64,000 nucleotides of DNA from Octopus sinensis (taxonomy: Eukaryota), in contig NC_043003.1 in NCBI RefSeq assembly GCF_006345805.1, positions 24,056,001 to 24,120,000 of the forward strand, in the 5' to 3' direction. Shown here in pieces: positions 26,310-38,104 of this stretch. Numbering within the stretch: the stretch's first letter is position 1; each line of letters opens with the position of its first letter. Position numbers and translations under genes: made by a program. The notes under the pieces were generated by a model. It was given only the letters and a program-made list of their open reading frames with translations. It made no database searches and had not been told where the DNA came from.

Positions 26310-26960
26310 ATATGAATGATGACCACTAAGTGGACATCCATTATGCTAGAGGTAGACCCCATATGGTCTGACCACTAAGAACAGATTGTACTCAAGAAAA
26401 TTTAGCAAACGGCAGAACGTAAGCGCGCAAGACAAATGAAAAAATACAAAAATATAAAGATTAATCACAAATCCGGTTTCATTGTTACCACATACGTAAT
26501 ACTCACGCAAATGTCCCAGTTCATCAGTGTTATCGTCATAGCAAAATATATTTTGCAGAACTATACACGGGACGTCCTCATGTGATTGGCCATGCATATA
26601 ATTCTACCAATTACATTTGGGGTAATATTTCAAATGTCTTCGTTTTGGCGCGCCAAAATACCGGAAATAATTCCCTACAGTGAATTTTGCCGGTTAGAGA
26701 ACATGGTTATTTAAATGTAAATAATAAGGGTGCAAAATTGAATATTAATTTCATTAATATCAATTTAAAACCAGTGGCCTAGCATATTGAAAAATCTGAA
26801 GATTCAGAAAAATTATATTACATACATATAAGGGGGATGACCACTAAGTGGACACCCATTATGCTAGAGGTAGATCCCATATGATCTGAACACTAAGAAA
26901 AGATTGTTCTCAAGAAAATTCAGCAAACGCTAGAACGTAAGCTAAACGTTGGCTAAACTA
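26310..26960. repeat. Interspersed repeat with an internal ~115-bp direct duplication
   Basis: gatgaccactaagtggaca.ccattatgctagaggtaga...ctcaagaaaatt.agcaaacg occurs at about 26317-26430 and 26836-26945. Confidence 0.6.
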
Positions 26961-27014
26961 GCAACATGACCATCCCAAAATACAACAATATATATTTCAA
27001 CACACGAATTCACA

Positions 27015-27180
27015 TCAAGAATTTTTTTTTCTAGTTTCAGTTCAGAGCTGCGGCCATGCTGATGCACCACCGTTTTGTGCTACACTGTTATTACGACGAA
27101 CCTCTTCTAATATGTGGCACTTGGTGAAGAATGGAGTCTGATATATCTACTCTCATTTGCACCTCTTGCCGTGAGGTAGG
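27015..27180 (-). mobile_element. Short 3' end of a CR1-group LINE
   Basis: Same sequence as the 3' end of 48640-49170. Confidence 0.75.
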
Positions 27181-27214
<34 letters not shown>

Positions 27215-27218
<4 letters not shown>

Positions 27219-27915
27219 TAAGCAATAAAGGGTTTAGCAACGAATTGCCTTACCACATACCGAATTTAGAAATAGCAGTCAAAGAGTTATAGCTATTTCT
27301 TCTACTAAAAAGGGAGATCTCACAATCTTTTCATTCACACATTGAGTTTGGTGATACTAGTTGCGGATTCTAGCTCGCTCTGATACTGAGTTGAGTTGGT
27401 GCCTTCTAGTATCTCAAAATTCAATATATAATCATTTATGATTATAGTATTCTACGCTGAAGAGAAAAGAAGTTTTTGGTAAGATAGAATTATTTAATAT
27501 TTAATTCTCATGCTTTCCTAAAAACTTGATTTCGAAACGTACGTCCGTAGATAACTTAAAATTGTATGATAGATTGCCGTCAATTCATTCTCTCTTACTG
27601 TTTGTGTCTGCCTTCCAATTGCTGTTTTTACTGAGATCTCCTTTTTTAGTAGAAGAAATAGCTATAACTCTTTGACTGCTATTTCTAAATTCGGTATGTG
27701 GTAAGGCAATTCGTTGCTAAACCCTTTATTGCTTAGTATTACTTAAATTTTCCTCGAATGAGGCTTTTACATGCCGAAGACTACTTGGTGTAATTGATAA
27801 TTATTCCAAATTAATTAATTTCACCCTTCATTATTACGGATATGTATATATATATATATATATTCTAAATTCGGTCTGTGGTAAGGCAATTCGTTGCTAA
27901 ACCCTTTATTGCTTA

Positions 27916-27919
<4 letters not shown>
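27215..27919 (+). mobile_element. Non-autonomous PLE-like repeat: inverted 5' arm, HHR-bearing pseudo-LTR, and an extra partial direct copy
   Basis: 27215-27322 is the reverse complement of 27632-27739; third partial copy at 27862-27919; flanked by (TA)n; homologous to 19321-19745. Confidence 0.75.
27452..27550 (+). ncRNA. Canonical type I hammerhead ribozyme; predicted cleavage after C27545
   Basis: Stem I CUACG/CGUAG; core CUGAAGA (27457-27463); stem II GAAA-AG-AAGUUUUU...AAAAACUU-GA-UUUC with distal AGAAUUA/UAAUUCU; GAAAC-GUAC-GUC with palindromic ACGUACGU. Confidence 0.85.
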
Positions 27920-27979
<60 letters not shown>

Positions 27980-28639
27980 GATAAGCAGCTTGGAAGGAAA
28001 GTAATGCCATGCTAATGAGAAAACAGATTGAAATCAGCAGACAACCGTTATAGGGTTAACTGAAATTAAAATTTAAAACATAAAATGAAGGAATAATTAA
28101 ATATTTTTTAATAAAACTTTAATGAGAATTTATTTATAGTAGAAAGTAAGAAATATTCTAAAAATTTTATATGAAAATCCATAAAAAATCAAAAATAAAT
28201 TCCTAAAAAAATGTTTAATGAAATTTGGTAAAGTATCATATGATGTTAAATATAACAAACATTTTGAATAATAGATAGGTGAGAAAAATCATACGAAAAA
28301 TCATTACGTTGAAATATAGAAATTTTGAAAATGACGACACGGGTATATGGAAACACTGTTGCTAAATATATAATGCCAAACTTCGAAGAAAATGTTGTAC
28401 ATGAAGAATCAACGGTGATCAATGTAGAGTTTACATGGTCATTTAAGGTCATATCTCGAATCGAGGGCCTCGAGATATGGCCTTGCTAGGCTGAGTATGA
28501 TCTTAAAATGTACTTATAGAAACATGGACAGAAGCTCAATAGTACTCGACGTTTAATTAAGCTTTTCATCCAACAGAGTTTATCAGTGTAAGCTTTCTCT
28601 CTGTGGTTTTGCTGATTTCCTTAGTCTGGGACATGTGCA

Positions 28640-29335
28640 TTTGTCTCAGTTATTGGCCCTTTTTGGTGTATAAGGGAGTTTTCTTTCGCTGCCTTGGTTT
28701 GTACCCTATGTCGAGCCGTCGATTCATCAGGTATTGTCGATAAGAGGCTGCCTAGTTCTTCTTTGAAGAATTAGATATCTGAATTTTTGTGATATCTGAT
28801 ATCTGAATTTTTGTAGCAGGGAATTGAAGAACTGTGGGCCTTTGAACCCTAGGTTATTGCGGTACTTGGTCTTGAATTTAGATGGAGTCGATGGTATTTT
28901 TTGTACAATACAATGGCGTCCATTTCTGGCATTTATCTAATGCTCAATGCCGAAATTAGGTACTAGCCCTTCAAGAGTTTTCCATATGTGGATTATTATA
29001 TATCTGTCGCATCTTCGCTCCAGCCTCTTACTGTTGCTCATCCGCTGCACTGTTTCAATCTTTGTAGTGTAGTGGCGTTCGACTGCTTGAAGCTTTGCTG
29101 TTAGTATGGCACTATGATGTGATCATAACTGAAAGTAGTAGTCCATGTGGCTGAGAAAAAAGGTTCTCCCTAGGGTGAACTAGTTTCTTGGTCACTTGTC
29201 TTGAAGGACATTACCATCCATCATGCCAGTTGTGTACACTTTGCTGCCATCTTGGTAATGTGCATATGAAATTATGTATCATTGCACATACTGTTCCCGA
29301 AGTCTTTCACTGCAAGGGATTGCAGAGTATAACCA
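28640..29335 (-). mobile_element. Decayed 3' region of a CR1-group LINE
   Basis: Minus strand HITKMAAKC..., SHMDYY..., RYIIIHIWKLLKG, FKEELGSLLSTIPDE; many stops. Confidence 0.72.
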
Positions 29336-29399
29336 TTTCTACAGTATATAGAAAATGTGCGTACATATATAGATCTACTTATATAGACATATGTATACG

Positions 29400-30631
29400 T
29401 AAGAAATTTCGGGTTTTTGATTTGAAAAGTCATTTTTTTCTATACGAAGAATGAACGTTAATCAGTTATATATTTTCCATATTATTCGATGACCTTTTAT
29501 CATCTTTCTGGTAACTTCAACATACGGCACTGATAGAACATCTGGTGCTTCTCGGCCAAAAACTGAAGCAAGTGCGATTTCAAGTCATCATCATTTGTAA
29601 AACTTTTACCATTCATAGAATTTTGCAAACTTCCAAATAAATGGTAATTTGATGGTACAAGGTGAGGGTTATATGGTGGATGTAATATCACTTCCTAACC
29701 AAGCTTCAATAATTTTTCACGAGTTAGCAGAGACGTGTGTGGCCTGGCGTTGTCATGGTGGTATACAATTTCTTTACGATTTGCCACTTTTGTCCGTTTT
29801 TTATTGCTTCCTGTAGCTTCATTAACTGTTGACAGTAAACATCTGAATCGATCGTTTGGTTCCTTGGAAGCAGCTCAAAATACACAATACTTTTAATCCC
29901 AGCAAATTGACAGCATCACCTTTTTTGATGTAATTCAGCTTTTGATGTAGTTTGTACTGGTTCATTACGCTTGGAACATTATCGTTTTCGATTGATGTTC
30001 TTGTAGACAAACCATTTTTCCTCACCAGTAATAATTCGTTTCAAAAGCAGGTCGATTTCATGAGTTTGCGATGTATATCGCAAATATTGAATCGTCGTGT
30101 AAAGTAAATCTCTTCCAATTTATGTGGAACCCAAACACTGCGCCTCTTAACGAGTCCAAGACATTTTAAGTAATTTACGTTTAACCTCTCTGCAATCTCT
30201 CGCCCAGTTATATGAAAATCAAATTCAATTATGGCTTTGATTCCGTCATCAGCTTCAGTATGTCGACCAGAATGTTGGTCGTCTTTGAGTGAAAAATCTC
30301 TAGAACGGAATTTTTAAAACCATTTCTGACATGTATTTTCTGCTAAGCAATCAAAAGGATAAACTTCACATACCTCTTTGTGAGCCTCAGCAGATTTCTC
30401 GCCTTTATGGAAATAAAAATGCAGTATATGGTGAACATGTTCATTTTTGCACACTATGTTCAAATTCACACTGAACTAACAGCTGTAAACAAAATTACGC
30501 GCAATTTGATTCCAAAGTACGGTAAAAGTCACGGCTGTCAAATTTCAAAAGAAAAAATCATAACATTGACAAACGTCATTCGAAACATCGTAACTCTATT
30601 TACCAAAACCAAAGTGACTCTCTTGACAACG

Positions 30632-30635
<4 letters not shown>
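29400..30635 (-). mobile_element. Decayed mariner (DD34D-like) transposon
   Basis: LHPPYNPHLVPSNYHLFGSLQNSMNGKSF...LKLPER (YSPDLAP-like region), TGEEKWFVYKN, EADDGIKA; terminal repeats degenerate. Confidence 0.85.
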
Positions 30636-30675
<40 letters not shown>

Positions 30676-30749
30676 TATATATATTATTATATATATATAC
30701 ATACACACACACATATATATATGTTTGTATGTATATATGTATGTATGTA

Positions 30750-30792
<43 letters not shown>

Positions 30793-31261
30793 CCTTGTGT
30801 GGGTCGCATACGCGCTGGTGTGCATGAGCTGTTTGTGTATTCTACTTTGTAAGTTGAGTTTGTTTATCTCTATTCCAATGATATAAAGTTTTATAACCTT
30901 TCATGAAGCGTTGATATATGAATGATACCAGGTTTGGCAATCTATAAATTATTAATTATGTTTTAAGCTATAACAGAAAGAACGTTTTTGCTTTAAGGCA
31001 TTTCATGTAGGTTTTATAGGAATATAGAATTCAGAAACAAAGTTGTTTACGCTTTATCTAGGTTACGCATGACGTAACTAAATTATTTGCCATAGAAATT
31101 CAATAACAGATCTTCGTTTCCTAAATGCTCATTGCAAAACAAACGTCATCATGTTTATTGATACAGTATTAGTCTTTTGTTGTAGAAGTTACAATGTGTG
31201 AATTCGTAATGCTAGATGTTTGTAATTGTGGTATTAATAACCAACCAGTAATTGTAGTGAT

Positions 31262-31430
31262 CCTTCCTAACTTTGACACAAAACTAGCCATTTGGGGGGA
31301 AATAGGAATTCAATCAGATCGAACACTTACTCTATTTTATCAACCTCTTAAAGTCGAAAGATTAATCGACAACATCGACAATTGGACTTCGAACGTAAAT
31401 ACGGACAAAATTCCGAGCACTGGCACTCAT
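31262..31430 (-). mobile_element. Fragment of a third SINE family (C); related fragments at about 32470-32640 and 33755-33900
   Basis: Loosely shared blocks: ggcacaagg...aatttt (32470 and 33755 fragments) and tattttatc...gaacgtaaa (31262 and 33755 fragments). Confidence 0.55.
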
Positions 31431-31479
31431 GAATTCTTGACATTAACTGATTGGAATTGTTATTATGTATGTATTTCGT

Positions 31480-31949
31480 CTGATGTAAAAGATGGGCTAC
31501 AACAAATATTCTGCTCAATAATACAGATTTGCTTTCAGTTGCTTCACCTTAACCATTTAAGCATTCTCTTAGTGGCTGACGATATATGCATCTCTGATCG
31601 CAAGCAGAAATATTGGGGCAGCGTCATAGCCATGTGTTGAAAGGAATTCTTTAGGGTTTGGATAATTCATCTTTGGAAGCATGTGTGTTTCATTCAACAT
31701 CCTTAAACAACTCTTATTCAGGGACCTTTTGAGCGGGACGGGCTACTCCACCTGACGAAAATTCTAATTGAGGCCCATCTGCAAGATCATGCGCTGTTTA
31801 TCTTGATATCAGATCACTATGACGCGCACATATGGTTGTGGGACATGTGCCTGCCGTACCCTTATCAGACGAGTAGACATGATGGGTATAGTGGGCTTCG
31901 TATATTTTACCCCACTGTCACTTTGTTGGCATGCACTGCTCTCTCACTC

Positions 31950-31950
<1 letters not shown>
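31480..31950. mobile_element. Interspersed repeat abutting a (TAA)n tract; family and orientation uncertain
   Basis: GC-richer, hairpin-rich block ending ctctcactc-(aat)n; no coding motif recognised. Confidence 0.35.
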
Positions 31951-31980
<30 letters not shown>

Positions 31981-31994
31981 TAATAATAATAATA

Positions 31995-32340
31995 GATCAT
32001 GCATGATCGGCATAGTATGTCTCGATGACAACAGGATCAATGAGAGAGAAGAAAAATAAAGCGGAAAATACGAAAGTTGTGCTCCATGAGGAGAGTAGAC
32101 GAGATACCAATAGTAACTAACATATTTGGAAGTATCAGCACTCGACTACCCGCAATTTAGTGCAAATGTGAAGGTAGAACACCTACAAAATTCAGCATTG
32201 CTTGGAAGCGTAAGAATTCTGCGTAGGGTTCTTGAAGGATGACCAGTAAGCATGTGTCACCTTAGTATATTGGCTGTGGACAGCTGGCACTTTTCATCAT
32301 ACCCAGCAAAATGTGCTGTCGGTTTTCCTCATAATGACAA
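31995..32340 (+). mobile_element. 3' end of an R4/Dong-clade non-LTR retrotransposon (restriction-like endonuclease C-terminus) within (TAA)n
   Basis: Frameshifted CMIGIVCLDDNRINEREEK..GKYE, IPIVTNIFGSI and VEHLQNSALLGSVRILRRVLEG resemble the R4/Dong C-terminus (IDVACP.D.RI..KE.EK..KY; LQK.ALLGT.RILR.VL); (AAT)n on both sides. Confidence 0.7.
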
Positions 32341-32348
32341 TAATAATA

Positions 32349-32386
<38 letters not shown>

Positions 32387-34479
32387 CATCATCTTCATCA
32401 TCATCATTATTATATTAATTCAAAAAAAGAAAATAATAATATTAATAATAATAATAATATTTTCTACAATAGGCACAAGGCCTGATAATCCTTTTTATTA
32501 TAGTCACAAGGCCAGAAATTTTAAGGGAGGGAGCTAGTCGACTATATAAGCCCAAGATCTCGGAAACGATAACAGGCAGAGTCGACCTATGGTGGTGAAT
32601 TTCTACTCTGATCATAACGAAGCGGAAGAAATGCCGCCGAGATTTTGCTAGAAAAGAAAGAAAAGAAATGAATGGAATTAACAAAGAAAGGAAGGAAGGT
32701 AGAAAAACAGAAACAAAGAAGGAAGGAAGGAAGGAAGGAAGGAAGGAGAGAGAGAAAAAGAGAGAAAGACCTAAAGAAAAGTGTAAATTTATGAAAATAT
32801 TGATAAATTTCAGTGCAGGTAATGCACTAAGGTTTTAGTTTCATTGCACTTGGCCTGGTCTGTTCAGTGTATTAGGAGATTCTAAATTTTTTTTTGCTCT
32901 AATCGCCAGTTAGCCACCTCATGTAAACACATTAAATGAGTAAAAATCAATAGAATCACCACATGAATTCATCGAAAATAGAAATGCAAATAAGAAAAAC
33001 ATGCAAATCAAGAGTATTTAGTTAGAAACCGAAAAGTTGAAATACAAAGAAACGCCTTTTCTTCCTTAATGAGATCAACAAGAGAAACACACGCAGAAAC
33101 TGAGGAAGAGATGTAGAGAGAGAAGGAGAGTGAGAGAAACAAAGTAAGGGAGAGAGATAGACAGAGACAGAAACAGAGCGACAAAGGCAGAAAAGGAAAT
33201 ACAAAAATTCTACATGAATATATAAATATAAGACATGACGAGAAGTAATGGAAACGAAGAAGTGCCTTAAGCAAGAAATCCTTGCACTATCACGAAAATT
33301 CCGCCTCTCTGAAGAGCGTAATTTTTAACAAAAACTCAGTTGTTTCCAACCGATTTTGTCAAGATTGAGACAAAAATTACAGAGAAATAAATCAAAATGG
33401 CGGTAGGAGTATGAGCTCTAGACTGGATGTGTATAGAAAAAAATATTAATAGCAGCAGGATCACGATGGCAAGTATGAGTTAAATGCTGGAAAAAGGAAG
33501 CAAAGAAAAAGATTTATTTTCGTAAGGATTAACAAATCATAATGTAAATAAGTTCGTTCAAAATACAAACAACTGCGGGTTGCAAAATAATGTGAAAAAC
33601 CTGAGTTGTTAAACTACATAAATTACATGCAAATTAATAGCAAGCGCCACAAGCCATTGTAAGAGCTACAAAAAGAAAAATCTGAATACCTCAACGATGG
33701 AAGCGTACAGATCTCTAAAACTAGAGAAATAGTATGAACACAATGGTGATTTCAAATTTTGGCACAAGGCTGGTAATTTTGCTGAGGTGGGTGGTAATCG
33801 ATTACATTAACCCTAGTACTCAACTGGTATTTATTTTATCGAACTCCAAAGAATAAATTCCTCTCTGGTGGTATTTGAACACAGAACGTAAAGTTGCCTC
33901 TCTTTGATACTTCCCATTGATAAAAGCTAAGGAGCTAGAAACATCAATTTACGTAATTCTTGATAGATGGCGACACTGTACATATATGGTGTTTTTACAC
34001 CTTTTTACCATAACAGAAAATGTTTTTTCTATGGTAACTGCAATGAATTTACCTTTTAGCAGTTGAAATATGCCACAAGCATATTCTAACTAACCTACAT
34101 TTTGCGTATGCCTAAATAATGCTTGGCGCTAATATTTCAGTAAATTCCACAGCCGGGCGGTCTGCTGATGTAAATCTGTCAACATTGTTGACTGCGTTTT
34201 AGATAAAGCTTCCGCTTTATAAAATCTATTCAGAGTTGCTTTAGGTATTTGCCATTGATAAAAGCTAAGGAGCTAGGAACATCGATGTCTGGGAATCCTG
34301 ATAGATGATGTCGCTGAACAGATATAGTACTTTAACACCTTCTTACCACAAGAATAAGTTTCCTCCATGGTAAGTGCAGTGAATTTGAATTTTGGCAGTT
34401 GAAATATGTCATAAACATATTATATATATATAAAAAAATATATATGTATATATATATATATATATATGATCATATATAT

Positions 34480-34790
34480 GATCTTTTACTTGGTTCGTTC
34501 ATTTGACTGCGGCTATGTTGGGACACAACGTTGAAGGGGGATATTTTTCAGTCGAACAAATCGACCCCAGGACTTTTTTTTAAAGTATTGTACTTGTTCT
34601 ATCGGCCTGTAGTAGCCACTAATTTACTACAGACTTCTTTCAGTTTCCACCTAGCATATCCACTTACAAGACTTTGGTCGGCTAAAGGCTATAGAAGAAC
34701 ACACGTGCCCAAGGTGCCACGCAAGGTGTCACTGAACCCGGAACCATGTAGTTGGAAAGCAAGCTTCTTACTACACAATCACGCCCATAT
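34480..34790 (-). mobile_element. SINE family A, diverged (a second 3' half lies on + at about 34960-35115)
   Basis: gaacccggaaccatg, aaggtgccacgca, gactgcggctatg. Confidence 0.75.
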
Positions 34791-35751
34791 ATACATACAA
34801 TATATACATATATGTGTTTGCGTGTGGAGGTGGGTGGGGATGTATGAGTGTGCGTGTGTGTGTGTGTGTGCGTGTGCGTATGTGTGTGTGTGTATGTGTG
34901 CGTGTGTGTATGTACGTGTGTCTTTGCGCGTGATCTTGTTGCTCCACCGCTAGATAGCAGGTTGTGGTCTGTTAACGTTCCCATAAGAAAATCATAGAAT
35001 ATGTACCAAACTTTAGGAAACAAATACATACTGGTGTAGCGTTGTGCCACTACAGCTTTCAAGGTGAACCTCCAGCATGGCCGCTTTTCAATGACCGAAG
35101 CAAACGAAAAAGGACTGTAAATACAGTAGCCACATAATATAGACACTGCGTGCCAACACGTGCTTGAGGCAGTCTCTACTTTTCTCAACATTATTTCACG
35201 ACATCGCCTATTGGTCTGATGCCGAGGAAAAGTAATCGGCACACAGCAACCCATAAGTAAAAGGAAGAAAATATTCTTATGATCGTTGTCTCATTGCATA
35301 AAGAAAATTAAATGGCTGACGGAATGGAAAGAGAGACCCGCCAAACAACCAAGCACAATTACAGCCATGACAACAAAAAGAATAATAAAACGAATTAAAC
35401 CTGCAACAACAAAAACAACAACAAGAATATCGACTCTGACGTCAATAACACCAACAGCATTAGAGAGCAGAGCAGCTACAATAAGAGCCAATAGAGAAAA
35501 GCAAAGAAATACCCAAGTACGTTCACAAGTGCAACAACAAATGAAGCAACAGCGAAAGCAGCATCAGCAACCATAAGACAGGCTTTGGTGTTTTATTTAT
35601 CATTATCAGTAGCAGCAGTAGTGCTGTCAATACTGCCTTGCAATACCTGGAAATGGCAGAATTGGGAGCATTGTCGAATGAAATGTAAGAAATATGAAGA
35701 TATCAAGCGTAAGATTGTGAATTTATGATTAGGTAGGCAGATATAGATATC

Positions 35752-35799
<48 letters not shown>

Positions 35800-35936
35800 C
35801 TCATATATATATACTCATATATATACATATATATACTCATAGTCACACACAAATATACACACATGTACACATGTACCTCTGCATATGCACTCACATATAT
35901 ATGTAAATATGAATATGTTTATATATATATATGTGT

Positions 35937-35968
<32 letters not shown>

Positions 35969-36482
35969 CTGTAATGACATATATATATATATATATATAT
36001 GTCTGTGTGTATATATATTTATTATATAGGCATATACATATATCTTAGATATATGTGCGTATATGTGTATATGTGTGGATATTCTTTTGGGAGTATGAGT
36101 ATGATCGTGCAATGCCAATGGTAGCATCGACTACAGAAAAAGATAAGTAATAAATAAGATAAACGGTTAACTGAACAATTAAATATAAAATGGCGATTTT
36201 CCCAAACTTTACTTTCGCATCGATCGCCAACTTTCGAGCAAGAAACTACGGAGTCTTCTTGAAGAATAATAATAGTTACATGAGTCAGAGTTAGAACGTT
36301 TGGGAAGGACAATATAACACCGAATATGACGTACAGAAAAAATGTGTTAGGTATGAGGTGGAAATAAAAAAAAAATAATTAATTAGAATATCTAGAAAAT
36401 CCCTTATCAAATGGACTGAGATTCTAATTAGAAATTTTCTACGCCTACCGTATACACTTTATTATTATTATTATTATTATTT

Positions 36483-36534
<52 letters not shown>

Positions 36535-36544
36535 AGGTAATAGC

Positions 36545-37154
36545 AGCAGCAACAGCAGTAGAAAGTACCTTCTCCCTCACACCCTCTCCCTTCATCGTCA
36601 CCCCCTTCCTCATTACCTCATCCCTACACATTCCAAATCCACCATCCCTATACATCCCATCACACCCCACCCCATCCCTTACACCACTATCTTTGCCTCC
36701 CCCACACTCCAACACCATACTACACACAACCACACCACTACACCACACCACATAAAACAATACCACGCCACAACATACCACCCGGTACACACTAGCAGTG
36801 ACTACTTCCTAGCACCCACGCTATCATCCACACACATACACATGCACATACGCATACGTCAAAGGTCACCAGCCCCCTTACCACTCGCTACATACACGCT
36901 CATATACACACGCAAGAGGGAATTTGGTTTGGGATCACCACTATTTTATTATCTCCCCTTCTTCCTAGCTCTCCTGTTTGACTTCTCTGTCTGGTATTAG
37001 CCATGAGAGATCGCTAGCCACTATACCTTTTTCACTTTCTCTACCTGTTTTCTTCTGTGTTCATTTCTGTCGAAGACAGTAGGCTCGAAACGTAAAAGAA
37101 TTCCTCACCTCCCGAGCGTTAAACTAATACATGTTTGTTGTTTACACACCTGTC

Positions 37155-37157
<3 letters not shown>
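36545..37157 (+). mobile_element. Solo PLE pseudo-LTR of the 18710-19205 family, with variant HHR at 37063-37098
   Basis: Shares tgggatcaccacta.tttattatctcccctt...ctgtgttcatttctgt.gaa...taatacat.tgtttgttgtttacacacc with 18950-19190. Confidence 0.8.
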
Positions 37158-37210
<53 letters not shown>

Positions 37211-37417
37211 ATATAATATGATATAATTTAATATAAAAGGCTAAGATTGTTAAAAGTTTTATCAGTGGCCAGCGTATATAAATAGGCTAATTTAGGTGAA
37301 ATCACAAATACAATTCTAATTAACGGCATAATTTTTTTTATATGATCTTAATAATAATAATAATAATAATAATAATATATATAGATATATATATATATCT
37401 ATATATATATATATATA

Positions 37418-37475
<58 letters not shown>

Positions 37476-37635
37476 GTTGTGTGTGTATCTGTGTGTGTTT
37501 GCGTGTGTGTGTATAAATGTTATAATTTCTAAATCTCTTTAAAGGAGAGATACAGCAGCTGTACTTGGGTATTAATATTTATTGCCAAATTAACGTAGCC
37601 GTCCAGATTAATAGGACGAATCCTGCTGTTCATTG

Positions 37636-38010
37636 GCTCCGAGAGGCTAGCTATATGACACACGAACCTGCGTCCATAAACTTTCGAACAGGAGAGGTCA
37701 TCATCTTCCCTTTGCTGTCTTGGCACCCACAGACCGGTTTCGGTGTAGATGCCACTTATCAATGTGAGGCAGCCGAATCCAGCAAGGCTTGCAGTTGAAC
37801 TGAATGTGTTTCATTGATTATGATTATATATAAATATAACCTCGAACAGAGGTTAACAGCGACCCCTGCTGGACTCGGCTGCTCCACATTGATAAGGGAC
37901 AACTACCCCGAAACCGGTTTGTGGCTGCCAAGCCAGCATAGGGAATTTAATGACTCCCCTGTTCATGACGCAGGTTCGCGCGTCGTGTAGCTAGCCGGAA
38001 GCGATCGCCT
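37636..38010. mobile_element. Foldback / MITE-like element with ~140-bp imperfect inverted arms
   Basis: 37646-37787 is the reverse complement of 37865-37995 (accggtttcgg / ccgaaaccggt; cttatcaatgtg / cacattgataag; cgaacctgcgtc / gacgcaggttcg). Confidence 0.8.
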
Positions 38011-38073
38011 CTCGGATCTAATCTACAACAGCATTCATCCTATTTCTCTGGACTGCCACTTTAGTTTGGGAAT

Positions 38074-38104
<31 letters not shown>

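Noticed and set aside
28715-28735. Minus-strand CUGAUGA as an HHR core
   Set aside because: It is the coding sequence for IPDE at the end of a CR1 ORF2, with no GAAA or stems.
31194-31640. 148-aa ORF as a host gene
   Set aside because: Runs through a SINE C fragment and the adjacent repeat; no domain motif or splice support.
35286-35576. T/K/Q-rich 96-aa ORF
   Set aside because: Decayed (ACA)n-like low-complexity sequence.
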